The position numbers and the translations under genes were made by a program. A DNA stretch of 64,000 bases from Paraspadella gotoi (lineage: Eukaryota > Animalia > Chaetognatha): assembly GCA_051294375.1 (NCBI GenBank), contig CM119264.1, positions 30,355,656 to 30,419,655 on the forward strand. The letters are read 5' to 3'. The notes under the pieces were generated by a model, which saw nothing but the letters and a program-made list of their open reading frames with translations, did not search any database and was not told the DNA's origin. Positions 13,328 through 26,110 of this stretch are shown here, piece after piece (position 1 is the stretch's first letter; each line of letters starts with the position of its first letter).

Positions 13328-13577
13328 GTCCTCAGACGCAGCAGGAATTTTCCCACGCAGCAGCAGTAGACCCCCGCAGAAGGAATGGTCCGCCGCTGCA
13401 GCAGTCCTCAGCCGCAGCAGGAATGGTCCCACGCAGCAGCAGTAGACCCCCGCAGAAGGAATGGTCCGCCGCTGCAGTAGTCCTCAGCCGCAGCAGGGAT
13501 GGTCCGCTACAGCATTAGTTGACCTCCGCAGCAACAGTAGTCCGGCGAAGCAGTAGTTGTCCGTGGCCGCAGCTGCA
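13328..13577. repeat. GC-rich higher-order minisatellite (CGCAGCAG-based subunits, ~77-bp duplicated block)
   Basis: Repeated CCCACGCAGCAGCAGTAGACCCCCGCAGAAGGAATGGTCCGCCGCTGCAG. Confidence 0.8.
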
Positions 13578-14206
13578 ATCGAAAAATTCCGTACATTTTT
13601 CCTACTTTTGTTTGTTTGTTTGTTTACTTCCGATTCTTACTGACATTGTTCGTTAAACAATGGTGTTGACAAAAATCAACAACGCATAAGTTAAGAAGAT
13701 CGTCAATCATTCATGCAAAATAACTTAAGAGTGACAACGAAAAGTGTAGATAACGAAATCTCTCACGGAAATCAGTTATTAAGAGAGTGGTTAAAAATTC
13801 CCGTGAAAAATATTGGGCGATCGAAAAGTGACGAGAAAAATTCGCCGATCGTCCTCTTAAGGTTACATCTTTCACAATAAGTATTACTAGTTTTAAAAGT
13901 TAATTGAACTTTTGATCTTAATACGATTTATGGGTTGTAGCTATCTATGAAAAATAGATGCAGCAGTTTACCGTTATGACAAAATTGATTAAATTGATTA
14001 AATTGATTACATTTAAATCAAATTATACTAGTTATTGATACTAGATTATAATTAACAAACGATTGTTTAAGTTTTTGTATTTAAAGCTGCTTCATAGTAA
14101 TTAAATAATTTTAAATTAGTTATTGGCAAAGAATAGTAATATTAATAAACGGAAGGTTGGAAGTAGTTTTCAAATCTTTTCTTTTTCTTTCCTCCTTTTG
14201 TTTCAG

Positions 14207-14309
14207 ACGAGTCGCTGTCTTCCCTTCCCGCCGATAGAGGCGCTCAACTAGATCCTCTTCTCCTTCTCGTCGCGATGATAGCTATCACTGGATTCCTACT
14301 TATAATCAG
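14207..14309 (+). CDS. Exon encoding most of a transmembrane helix (DESLSSLPADRGAQLDPLLLLVAMIAITGFLLII)
   Basis: TTTCAG acceptor after a polypyrimidine tract, GT donor at 14310, phase 1 in and phase 2 out, hydrophobic run continued by the next exon. Confidence 0.72.
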
Positions 14310-14511
14310 GTGATAGCGATGATAGCGATGATAGCTATCACTAGATTCCTACTTAGGTGAGGCTGGCGAGAGGGTAAGTTAAAGTGGTCGTGACCGAAGA
14401 TGGGTAAGGCATGATGAAATGAGGTGCAATGAGGTAAGAATTAAGATGTGATTGAGTGATTGGATAGAATTAGATGAGGTGAATGAAGATTGGAGAGAAA
14501 GAAATAGGATG

Positions 14512-14657
14512 GACGAGACGAGACGAGACGAGACGAGACGAGACGAGACGAGACGAGACGAGACGAGACGAGACGAGACGAGACGAGACGAGACGAGACG
14601 AGACGAGACGAGACGAGACGAGACGAGACGAGACGAGACGAGACGAGACGAGACGAG
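14512..14657. repeat. (GACGA)n pentanucleotide microsatellite
   Basis: Perfect tandem run; explains the RRDET/SRLVS ORFs. Confidence 0.95.
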
Positions 14658-15903
14658 CTTATTCACTTCCGTATCAATGAAGTGGTATAATATTTCAAAG
14701 AATGTTTCAATTTTATATAAGGACCACTCCCTTTAGTATGAGATCGGGGAATACTTTATTGTATTCCGCACGAGCATCAAAATACAAGGAGCTGAATTTT
14801 ATGAACTGTTATGCTATCATCGCAGAGGAATCAAGACTGTATAAAATCCACTTTGGTTTCGCCTAGAAATCCCTGTCTGCTTACTTATTTGCTATATTAT
14901 GTCGTGTCATTGAATGAGGCTAAACTGGATGCCAAGAGACGTGAAGGGAATAAGTTGGACGATAGATATTGGATGAGTAAGAATAAGTTGTTCTGAAACA
15001 AAATTAAAGTTTATATGAAACTAAAACAACCATAGAATATCAAAGATGAAGCTAAAAAATATAAAAGAAGTTTTGGCGCCAAACTTGAAGGACGCGGTTT
15101 CATTGAAAGGGCGCCGACGGCGCCGTCTAATCAACTCCGTCCATCTGGCGCCAAGAATGGGAGAGGCGGCGTCTTCCTTGGCCGAGCCGGAATAAAGACG
15201 CCCAAACAAAAAAGGAAAAAAGAAAAGAGAAAAGAAAGGAAAATCTGGGCGAGAGAGAATATTCAATATGCAGAAAAGTAAACAAAAATCGGGAGGAAGG
15301 AAAGAGAGGGAAAAAAGTCAGTGAGACGAAAGAAAGGGGAAAGAGGAGGAGGGGGATAGGGAGGAGGAGGAAGAGGAAGAGGAGAAGGAGGACGGGTTGG
15401 GGTTCCTTGGTTAATAAACAGGAGATAAAATGTTGACTCGCTTTGAGTTTTTACGAAATGGAAATTTTTTAGTATATTAGATGGTTTATGGTAGGTTGAT
15501 TATTTATGGTAGGTTCTTTATTTTTTATGGTTTAGATCTAGAGAAAGAAAGAGAGAGAGATAGAATGAAATAAAGAAAGAAAGAAGGAAAGATAAAGAAA
15601 TTAAAAAAAGAAAGACGGACAGAGACTTAGTGTGTTCCGGACTTTCTAATATACTAGTGACCGTGTGATCCAGATTGAAGTGATAACGATGTGATATTCA
15701 AGCTTGAAGTGAGACGGCGACAGCTAGACGACAACAACAACAACAGATTTCGTCGGGCGAAAGTAGATGGAAGAAATCTTGGGAATCAAGATGCAAATGG
15801 AATCTGGAAGCCAAAGCAAAAAAAAAGCAAAAAAAAGGCAAAAACAGCGAGAGAGTAAAAGCAAACGCGACGTCACTCGAGACCCAAACCCAAAGTTTTT
15901 GCT

Positions 15904-15951
<48 letters not shown>

Positions 15952-15959
15952 GACAGAAC

Positions 15960-16000
<41 letters not shown>

Positions 16001-16185
16001 CAGGTGGCCAACGTATTAAAGGCTTTTTACGTCCGGAGCGGCACACCCGAGAAGGTGGGGGAGAGACATTAGAGGGACACGTGAATTTAGGGTGCACCAC
16101 ACAGAATTTAGGGTACACCACACAGATTGCCCTGAATTGAAATTTCCCTCCAACTCCTTCTCTCCTTTTTCCTTACCTTCTTCAG

Positions 16186-16321
16186 CATCCTCACCTTCTC
16201 CCTCTTGCGGCGACTCGGCGTGAACTTACCCTCTCGCGCCGACATCGTCCCCATGGACAAGAGAGTCATGTGGCACTTTTCCTACACGTCCTCGCCCGTC
16301 TCGACCGTCTGCGACATGCAG
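16186..16321 (+). CDS. Exon with end of TM helix, basic stop-transfer residues and start of cytoplasmic tail (SILTFSLLRRLGVNLP...VCDMQ)
   Basis: TTCAG acceptor, CAG|GTGAGT donor, phase 2 in (matches previous exon), phase 0 out. Confidence 0.75.
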
Positions 16322-16934
16322 GTGAGTTAAGGGGAGAGGCTGGAAGGTGAGTTAAGGGGAGAGGCTGGGAGGTGAGTTAAGGGGAGAGGCTGGAAGGGTC
16401 AGGGGTTTTTGGGGAATGAGGAAATGTTTTCATGGTGACCAAGGTTCGTCGTCGTTGTCGTCTTCATCGTCGTCTTCGTTGTCGTCTTCGTCGTTTGATT
16501 AAGATTAAGATTCTTTAATAAAAATATATATTTTAATGAAATTTAAAAGACTAAGATTAAGATAAATAAATGAATTAATATTTTCCTGTCAAATTAAGAT
16601 TATTAGGATTAAAATTAAGATTAGAATGACTATTTAAAAATATCTTTTCCTGTGAAATGGTTAAGATTTAGATTTAAAAAATAAATGAATGAATATATTT
16701 CTGTGAAATTAAGATTGAGGTTATAATTATTAAGATTAAATAAAAATATATTTTCCTGTTAAATTAAACTGATTAAGATAACGAGATAATCAGAAGTTTT
16801 TAACACTTGTGGATCTTGAGAGAAAAAAAAAATATTTCTTTTATTAATCCTTGAAAATAAAAATATCAAATAAAATCAAAATATAACATTAAAAGTATCC
16901 CAACTCTCTCACACACACAAAAAAACTAAACCAG

Positions 16935-16989
16935 GTTTCACCGACGTCTGCTTCTGCTGTGAATGACGGAGAAATCACGACCCAGAAAA
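16935..16989 (+). CDS. Short cytoplasmic-tail exon (VSPTSASAVNDGEITTQK); read-through would give poly-Glu and TGA at 17028-17030
   Basis: CCAG acceptor in phase 0, GTGAGG donor at 16990 in phase 1. Confidence 0.55.
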
Positions 16990-17270
16990 GTGAGGGAGAG
17001 GAGGAAGAGGAGGAGGAGGAGGAGGAGTGAGGATGAGGGGAGGGTCGTGTGCTGTCATGGGCGTGAATTTTAAATCTCGACCTCGAGAGAAAATATGGAA
17101 AAAAAAAGTTGAAAAAATATATTCGTATTTCCGAACTCAAAAGCGAAAGTAAAAAAATTCCTTGAAATCATTTGAATTATTAAGAAAAGAAATGTGAAGA
17201 AGAAATATATTTACTTAGGTATTCGATTATCTATGTAAACGTTTATGAATCAGTATAACTATCTGTGTAC

Positions 17271-17306
<36 letters not shown>

Positions 17307-17346
17307 TCTATCTATCTATCTATCTACTATCTATGCTATAGATTTT

Positions 17347-17500
17347 TATGAAAATTGGTACAACCAATATAAAAATTATCCATTCATTTAATAAATTAGC
17401 TATCTTGCCCCTGACTTTGGACAGGCTTTGGTGGTTTAAGGCCTCCATCACTCTTACAAGATAATGACATAGCAGGTCCCTGCAAGCTTTCAATCAAGAC
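17347..17500 (+). mobile_element. Interspersed repeat family copy (DINE/HINE-like 5' part)
   Basis: Near-identical to 21068-21221 and, inverted, 22078-22182. Diverged copies at ~56203-56266 and ~57941-58127. Confidence 0.7.
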
Positions 17501-17632
17501 TCTCTCACAGTCTTGTTTATTCACTCCCAGAGTACCTGGCTTCCCTATCAATGAAGTGGAAAATATTTCAAAGAATGTTTCAATTTGTATGTGAATTTTT
17601 TATCTATGCATCTACCTGTCTGCTTCTGTTTC

Positions 17633-17669
<37 letters not shown>

Positions 17670-17688
17670 CTTCTCTCTCTCTCTCCTC

Positions 17689-17719
<31 letters not shown>

Positions 17720-17795
17720 GCTCCAATCCATAACCTGAAAATCCCCTCGAAAATCAAAAATCCTTTTTGGACTCAAAGAATGAAAGGAATTTCAG

Positions 17796-17944
17796 GTTTT
17801 GACGACAAAAACTGCCATCGTTATCGTCGTCGTCGTCGTCGTCATCGTCGTTTTCATCGTCCTCTTCGTCGTCGTTATTCTTCCGTTTCAATTTTCACGA
17901 ATGACTTCCTCTCACCGAAAATTCACAAAACCTGTCGGCGCTGA
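17796..17944 (+). CDS. Candidate terminal exon with Arg-rich tail (SFDDKNCHRYRRRRRRHRR...KTCRR*)
   Basis: TTTCAG acceptor, phase matches the 16990 donor, ends at TGA 17942-17944. Confidence 0.5.
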
Positions 17945-18757
17945 TCACATCTTCGGCACGGGTTATTTATCACATGTGTCACCTCTTGTTTATCACATCT
18001 GCGTCACCGCTTGTTTATCACATTTCCATCACCGCTTGTTTATCACATCTCTCTCACCGCGACGCATCGAATGAGGCTCACCTTCGCTTCTCAATAATTC
18101 ATCCTTTCTCACTTGAATCTCAAACTCACGGTTTCAGCGGCCGTGAATTTCTGTTTGTAGCCATTTCTCTTTTTTCGCATTCAATTTCATTCGTGGTCGA
18201 GCATCATTCTTTTATTATCAGTATCACAGATCCTTTCTCCCTCTTATCACTCTTTTCAGTATCACTCATAATTTGTCATAAATATTACTATTATCAATAT
18301 CACACATTTGATCTCTATCTCATCATTATTTTTTTTTTTACCCCATTTTTTTTTTAAACTTTTTTTTTACTTCGTTTTTCCATCCACTCGCAAATTTTGT
18401 TCTTCTTTCTTTTTCCCTTTAACACGTCATCACATTCTATCACTACCTGTCATATCCTCAATTTCCTTCATGTCATTTCCCCCTTTTTCGCCACCTGTCA
18501 TCTCTCCCCCTTTAAATGTCAGTTCCTATCCTGATTCCCCGATTTAGTTGTCACCTTTTTTCGCCCGAATCAATTTGGGTCTCTGATCCTGGGATGACGC
18601 CGGCCGACTCTCTCTCTCTCTCTCTCCCTCTTCCCTCTCCTCGTGCTCTCTCTCTCTCTGCTCTCTCCTCGCTCTCTATCTCTGTCTCTCTCTCTCACGC
18701 TCACGCGGCCATTGTCGGTTTAATCCGCGATTTTCCGTTCCATCGCTCCGCCGTGCA

Positions 18758-19265
18758 GTGACGCTGTGACGCTTTGACGCGGTGACGCGGTGACGCTTTG
18801 ACGCGGTGACGCTTTGACACGGTCACTTTTTGACGCGGTGACGCTTTGACTCGGTGACGCTTTGATGCTGTGACATGATGACGCCGCGAAGCGATGACGA
18901 TATGTGACGCCGCGAAGCGATGACGCTGTGACATTGTGATTTTGTGATGCATTGACGTGAAGAGGCTACGATGCTTTGACGCTGTCTTCCAATGACCTTG
19001 AAACGTAAATATGCTATGTGACGTTTTGTCACGATGACGCTGTCACGTGATGACGTTGTAAAATTGTGACGCTATGATGCGATGACGCTGTGCAACTCTG
19101 TGTTGATGTGACACAATGACGATGTTTCTTCTAGATACGATGACCCTGTGATGCTGTGGCGCTGCGACGCTGTGGCTCTGCGACGATGTGGTGCTGCGGC
19201 GTTGTCAAAAGGATGTCGCGGTTTTTTTGACGAAGAAAACATTTTGACGTCGGGTGACGTCACCC
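18758..19265. repeat. Degenerate 8-bp (TGACGCNN)n tandem repeat
   Basis: TGACGCTG/TGACGCGG/TGACGCTT units decaying towards the 3' end. Confidence 0.8.
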
Positions 19266-20567
19266 TGAGATTTTTTCGACACATTTTGACTTTTGTGACA
19301 TTTGGATTTGGAGTCATTATTCGTTGCCGTGATATGACACTCTTTCTCTCTTTCTCTCTCTCTNNNNNNNNNNNNNNNNNNNNNNNNNNNNNNNNNNNNN
19401 NNNNNNNNNNNNNNNNNNNNNNNNNNNNNNNNNNNNNNNNNNNNNNNNNNNNNNNNNNNNNNNACACAGCGTATAACTCCCACACACAGACTCTTGTATT
19501 TTTTTCTAATTCGTTGTTTCCATTAAAGATTTTCTCTCACTTTTTTCCGCTCAGAGATTTTGACTTTTTTCTCTTGACTTTGATTTTAATTTATTATCTT
19601 CACTTTTTTCATTTTATCTAATGGAAACCGACGATTCTTTTCTTTTCTTTTCTTTTCTTTTCTTNNNNNNNNNNTTCTTTTCTTTTCTTTTTTCTTTTCT
19701 TTTTTTTTCTTTTTTTTTCTGCTACAAAAACATTATAAAATTTCCAAAGAATTTTTATCTTTTTTTGCATTCGGTATTAATAATAATTTCCTTGTTTTTT
19801 CCATATTTGATGTTTTCCTTTTCTGCTTTGTCATGTTTTCTTTTTCAAGGTTTGTTTTTCTTTGTTTTTGTTCTACTTACTAGTATTTTTGATAAAAAAA
19901 AGTAAAATATTTTCTCCAGCTTTATTCGGCTATTTTATTTTTATTTAACAAGTTTGAGCAATGCCCCTTTCTCTCTCTCTCNNNNNNNNNNNNNNNNNNN
20001 NNNNNNNNNNNNNNNNNNNNNNNNNNNNNNNNNNNNNNNNNNNNNNNNNNNNNNNNNNNNNNNNNNNNNNNNNNNNNNNNNNNNNNNNNNNNNNNNNNNN
20101 NNNNNNNNNNNNNNNNNNNNNNNNNNNNNNNNNNNNNCTTTCTTTCTCTCTTTTTTTCTTTCTTTCTTTCTTTCTTTATGGGAAAACAATGGCAATATTG
20201 CAAAATTTCAAAATGTTGAATTTAATGCTAATTTGCTTCTACTGACTGCAACTATTAACAACTGATGTCTTATTTTTAACATTTACTAACCGCATTTATC
20301 TATTTTTTTTATCAATACCAAAAACAGTATTGACAAAATCAGAAAAAGTATCAGTGTAAACGACTATAAAACGGTAAACAAGTAAGAATTTTTTATTAAT
20401 ATTAAAAACAATATTAACACAATTTTAGAACTAATTTATTATTCAAATGAATCTAGATTTAAAATTTTGATCGTAATTATAGCTCAATTACCAACTTTCC
20501 AACCTATCAATTATGAGAGCTAAAAACTAAAGGGGAATGGCTATTGTTTTCGTCCACAGATGAACAT

Positions 20568-21357
20568 TAGGGTGGAGTGATGAAAAGATTGAGTGATTGA
20601 CATTATTTTTTTGGCTGCCTATGGATATATAATTAATGAATTTTAAATTCTTTTAAAAAATTTTTTAGCATAACAGTATAAGCAAATTCAATTTTTATGG
20701 AGTAATATCCTTATAAAATCGTCAAATTTCAAAATATTTTTTTTTATTTTTTTAAAGAACTGATTTGGATTGCTGTAACTAAGAAACTATTTATAAAATA
20801 TGTTATATTAATATTTTAAATGTTTAGATGACAAAAAATGACTAAAAAGTTTTAAACATAGTATAAAGTTTCTACTACAGAGAATAAAAAGTCAGGAATT
20901 TTCACCTTTCCTTTGTATTTCTTAAAACATTGAAGATGACAGAATTTTTGATACCAGTGTTTTAATATTTTTTGATTGCAACTTTTTATGAAGAATCTGA
21001 ATCTGTATAATAGTTTTATAAACTTATTTTTAAAATTTACTATGGTTTAAGGATATTACACGATATATTATGAAATTGGTACAACCAATATAAAAATTAT
21101 CCATTCATTTAATAAATAAGCTATCTTGCCCCTGACTTTTGGACAGGCTTTGGCGTGGTTTAAGGCCTCCATCATCACTCTTACAAGATAATGACATAGC
21201 AGGTCCCTGCAAGCTTTCAATATTATATTTTACTATTCTGTTTCCAAGATAATATGAACAAAATATTTTTTGTACTAGTTAATCATACTATCTCACATCT
21301 AAAATATCATTTTTCGATCATTCAAATAAATTTTTTGTTCTTGAGTGCTCCACTCTA
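20568..21357. mobile_element. Non-autonomous hAT-like element
   Basis: 8-bp TSD ATGAACAT (20560-20567 and 21358-21365), termini TAGGGTGGAG...CTCCACTCTA. Contains a nested repeat at 21068-21221. Confidence 0.72.
21068..21221 (+). mobile_element. Interspersed repeat family copy nested in the hAT element
   Basis: Near-identical to 17347-17491. Confidence 0.7.
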
Positions 21358-22077
21358 ATGAACATTCTTTATTCATTAAATTTTTACAATTTTATCTTTT
21401 ATATAAATTTTAAAATAAAACCGATAAGTTATATATACGCGACCTTAAGAAAATACATAGTGAATTATAAAGTCGCGAGCTGTTAAGCTTTAGCGATTAA
21501 AAATCAAAACCATTCTTAGATTGCTACATTCAGTACATGTTTGAAATGAGAAAGGAAATTGGTTTATTTAAAAAAGAGACAAATAAGAGTTGGAAAGAAG
21601 AGAAATTCATTACATGTTGTTCTTTCTAGAAACCTAATTAAAAAAACAGTTTTGCTTCTAAGCAAATTAAACCAAAAGACAAATTTTATGAGAAATATAT
21701 TTTTTCTAGAAAAAGAAATTTAAAGATAAAAATAATAATTTTTTTCATTCATTTAATAAATAAGCTGTCTTGTTCCGCGAGTACTCACGGGGCGACTAAA
21801 AAAGGAATCAAATGTGCAAGGAGTAGGGTTTAGATGTGGGTAGTAAGGCGAGCCTTTATTTAACATTTTTTATAATATGAAACAGTCTGCAATAAAAGTA
21901 TTTTGTCCTTTTCCATCCAAATTGACTCATGATGTTAGATTTTGATTAAATTCATTTTCTTCATGCATGGAAGCATTTTAATATTTACAATATATATGAA
22001 ATGCATAAAAATTTTTTTAGGAAATTTAAATTTTTAAAAAGGGATTCTGATAAAGATTAAAAAGTTAGATAAAGGCC

Positions 22078-22182
22078 TGATGGAGGCCTTAAACCACCAA
22101 AGCCTGTCCAAAGTCAGGGACAAGATAGCTTATTTATTAAATGGATGGATAATTTTTATATTGGTTGTACCAATTTCATAAA
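22078..22182 (-). mobile_element. Interspersed repeat family copy (inverted)
   Basis: Reverse complement of ~17347-17450. Confidence 0.7.
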
Positions 22183-22396
22183 GGTTTGTATTGTTAGTAA
22201 TGTCGGGAAGAAAGGAAAGACGAAACAGACTTCACAAGGATGTGAAAGAGACTTCACAAGGATGTGAGGAATTGTGGAGTGAGAAAGAAAGGATATGAAT
22301 TGTGAAGGGAAAGAATGTGGAATATATTAAGGGTCCTGAAAAGAAGGACAAGACGTAGACTATCTTCTATGCGTTGGACTATATTTCATCAATTTT

Positions 22397-22582
22397 GACC
22401 CGGTGGTTGATTGAGTAAAGTCATCAGCTCATGACCAATGGACCATTATGTCCCAGGATCGACCCCCAAAGAATCGTAAACCGCCATGGAGGCATGGTAA
22501 ACCCCCCAGCATGCTTCCGAGCCCTGGACCCGTTTCATTGCTGCTGAGGGGGCCTATTTAGCGATCGATTTAGCGGCCTTAT
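22397..22582 (+). mobile_element. Possible tRNA-derived SINE
   Basis: A-box-like GGTGGTTGATTGAG, CTCATGA loop and B-box-like GGATCGACCC, followed by a GC-rich body. Confidence 0.3.
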
Positions 22583-22871
22583 CCACAAGGATGTGGAGAG
22601 AATGTGGATGAGACGTGGTGGGGATGATTAGAATGAAGAGGAGGAGGAGGAAGATTAGGGGGTGAGGGGTGAAAAGACTTTGGTGAAATCTCGGTTTCCT
22701 ATAAACTTGAGACTCGGGTGATGGATTGACCCGATAGACCGACCGACCGACCCCCGACCGAGAAGGAAAAATGGAATTTCACAAAAAAAAGGGGGAAAAA
22801 AAGAAAATACAATAATCGTTGGAAGAAAAATTGACAAATCGAGAGAGAAACAGACAAATTAAATGGGGAAA

Positions 22872-22925
<54 letters not shown>

Positions 22926-23098
22926 GCGAATGCACAAGAATAAAAAGAAAGAAAAAGATAGAAAAAAAGAAACAAGGGGATCTAACCGTCATTTTTTATC
23001 CAAGCGACTCACGGAAAGCCGTGAAAAATTAATTCACGGCGAAAAAAATGGAGATTATGGAACTGAGAGAGTGGGGAATGGAGAGGGAGAGAGAGAGA

Positions 23099-23154
<56 letters not shown>

Positions 23155-23382
23155 GAGAGAGAGAAGAAGTATAAGAGGAGAGAGAGGAAATGGGAAGAGA
23201 GGATAGAATAAAAGAGGAGAGGGAAACAGAGTGACAGAGACAGAGAGGGAGTGACAGACTCCCTCTGACTCCATGAAGTCAGAAAAGAGAAAAATGAAGA
23301 AAAGATGATAATTTGGAAAAATGAAATAGATACATGAAGATTAAGTAATTCGAAACACGAAATCAGAACTTAAACGGACTTA

Positions 23383-24246
23383 CAGATCTGGTCCAAAAAA
23401 GGTTTAATAGTTATGATAAAAGCATTTTATTTTATTATTTGAAGGTAAATAACATTTTTAGGACCACTATTTGCTTTTAGCCCCATTGTAATTTTTTTTG
23501 ATTTTGTCGACTGTCATGGCATTGCACTATAAAATATCCTTTTTTATCCTTGACCATATATTTTTAATGATGTTGCAGTCAGGCGAGTTCCAGGCTAACC
23601 TTTGATCACCTCGATCCCATTTTCCACCTGATATTTTTGGGTGGCTTTAGATTTATATTCAGGAGCTACATCCTCTATGAATAGCCGCCCATTCACTGTT
23701 AAATGACTGGTAACAATTCTTTTACTCTACATTTTTTTTTCAACTGGCTTGCAGAAGCCTTACTGTCTTGAATTGCAAGACTTTCCAGGTCATCGTCCTT
23801 GATCTTTATGGATATATGAGGCCACCTGCTTCTAACAGCTCGTCCAAGGTTTTGAGTTGCTTCAAATTTGTTGACAACTTTGCAGATGGCCATAAGAAAA
23901 AAATAAAACTGTTTGGCAATTCTATATCTTGACAAACCAGCTTTCTAAAGCTTAACAATTACCGCTTTTTTTGGGGTTTCGCTGTTTTAAAATTTCAATG
24001 ATAAAAAAAAAACAAAACAAAAAACAAAGATGGATAAAAATTGTTTTTTTGCAAAAACATTAAATTGAAAGATAAATTTTGATCCTTTTTTATTTTAGCT
24101 CAGCTTCTATAATATTTAGCCTAAAAACCTCGTCATAAAAGATATTTATCTTGGCTTTCAAATGAACTCAAATTTTAAATAATAGGACGACAGACAAGCG
24201 AGATAGTAGGGGGTTCAAAGTTTAAACTTTTTTTTGACCAGATCTG
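23383..24246 (-). mobile_element. Internally deleted Tc1/mariner DNA transposon with degenerate transposase N-terminus
   Basis: TA TSD on both sides, TIR CAGATCTGGTC(C)AAAAAA. Minus-strand translation KAGLSRYRIAKQ...KFEAT...VRSRWP resembles the Tc1 HTH/GRP region. Confidence 0.8.
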
Positions 24247-24350
24247 TATTTGAACTGAATAGAATCTTTAGAGAATAGAAACGGATCTGACTCATTGAAA
24301 AGAATAATTTCAATGTTTAAAAGTGAATAAGCTGACTTCAAATTTTCAAA

Positions 24351-24394
<44 letters not shown>

Positions 24395-24681
24395 TGGCGC
24401 CAAGTCAATCTTCGCTTATATGTAACATTCTCAACATTGGCGAGTGGCTAAGCTAAGTGTGAGCTTCTCACCAATGGCGTCGGCAAAGGTGAAAGCGGCG
24501 TCGTGAGACCTGCCGCGGCGTCTCAGGTCCTGCTGCGGCGATACTTGCGCTGAATTAATTTGCATGAAACGGAAGAAGACGGATTTAGTGTCCGCGTCTG
24601 GGAATCAGAATGGAAAAAAAATTATATCTCGAATTTTAAAGTGGACGCCGTCTCTCGCTCTCACGCTGTCTCACTCTTTCG

Positions 24682-24715
<34 letters not shown>

Positions 24716-24923
24716 ATTATCTTACTACTCGTTCTCTCGCTGTTTCGCTTTCTCGATGAAGCGAGGCCACTATTTTATAAATAGAGTTATTTCCTCTTTA
24801 AGATATTCGACTCTGGAAAAGAGCATTTCTGAGAAATTAAAATCGAAGCGTTAGGCCCTAACTTTGGAAAAATTAGATTTCAATACTGGTATAGTTTCCT
24901 TTCTTTCGTTGTTTTTCGAGATG

Positions 24924-25092
24924 AGATTACAAAGTAGAAAAGCTTTTGTTTTTCTTTTAACAACCTTTATTTTATTTAACGTATATGTTTTGGTTTTGTT
25001 TTAAACCTTCATCAGCGCATATGTAACAAAACCGAAACATGTACGTTAAATAAAATAAAAAGAAAAACAAAAAGTATTCTACTTTGTAATCT
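24924..25092. mobile_element. Inverted pair of Penelope-like pLTR ends with a hammerhead motif
   Basis: ~70-bp inverted arms. The minus strand reads CTGATGA-A-GGTTT..AAACC-AAAA-CATA-TA; the plus-strand arm keeps the intact AAACC-GAAA-CATG-TA-CGTT plus AATAAA. Confidence 0.62.
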
Positions 25093-25446
25093 GATTTTAA
25101 TACTGAAAATGAGAAATATAGTTTTCTCCAATTCTAATCTTGCTAATCTTTAATTTTTATTCTTACTTAATTTCCTTTATTGAATCTTTTAAATTTTAAT
25201 TCTAATGTTAAAAATAACATATTTAATCATTTATCGTAATTAAACCTTTAATCATAAAACTTTAACTTTTGAGTCTTAAATTTCAGATTTTTATCTTTTA
25301 ATCTTTTTTTTCTTAAACTTCAAATACTTGAATCTCAATTTTAAATCCATGGTCTTAAACTCTAAATTTTCAACATTAAATTCTAAACGTACTTAGAATC
25401 ATAAATCAAAAATGCTAATTTCTAAATCTTAAATCTCGACTCTTAA

Positions 25447-25650
<204 letters not shown>

Positions 25651-25750
25651 TGAGGCAAAGATGAAAAGGTAAGGACTGAGATGTGTGAGGATGGGGAGAG
25701 TTTTGCGCCGTTGATATATGGGTAAAGTGGGGTAAAGGTAAGGAAAGGAA

Positions 25751-26110
25751 AAGTTTAGGCTTTATCTTCCTAAAACGCCCCGTTTCATCTTAAATTCGGA
25801 AATAAGTTTAACCAAAGTTAAAGGTTAAGATTAAGGATTAAGTTGAGGATTAGGTTATGGATTAGGGTTAGGCATTAGGTGATAAATAATATTATTAATT
25901 ATTGATTTAGGATTGATTATTGGATTTAGGCTAGGGTTAGGGTTAGAGATTAAGCCTTAGGGTTTAGGGTTATGGCTAGAGGTTTGGGTTAGGGGTTACT
26001 GATTAGGTTTGGGGATTTGGTTATGGGTTTTGATAACAAATTATGATTAAATTAAGCTCAGGAATTAAGGAACGGAAATGGGGTATTTTTAGAAGAAAGA
26101 GCCCTTACTT
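25751..26110. mobile_element. Old MITE with ~30-bp TIRs enclosing degenerate (TTAGGG)n
   Basis: GGCTTTATCTTCCTAAAACGCCCCGTTTC pairs with GAAATGGGGTATTTTTAGAAGAAAGAGCC. Related copies at ~1914-2280 and ~6145-6545. Confidence 0.55.

Noticed and set aside
25820-26030. True telomere or chromosome-fusion site
   Set aside because: The repeats are highly degenerate, short, intronic and bounded by TIR-like sequences.
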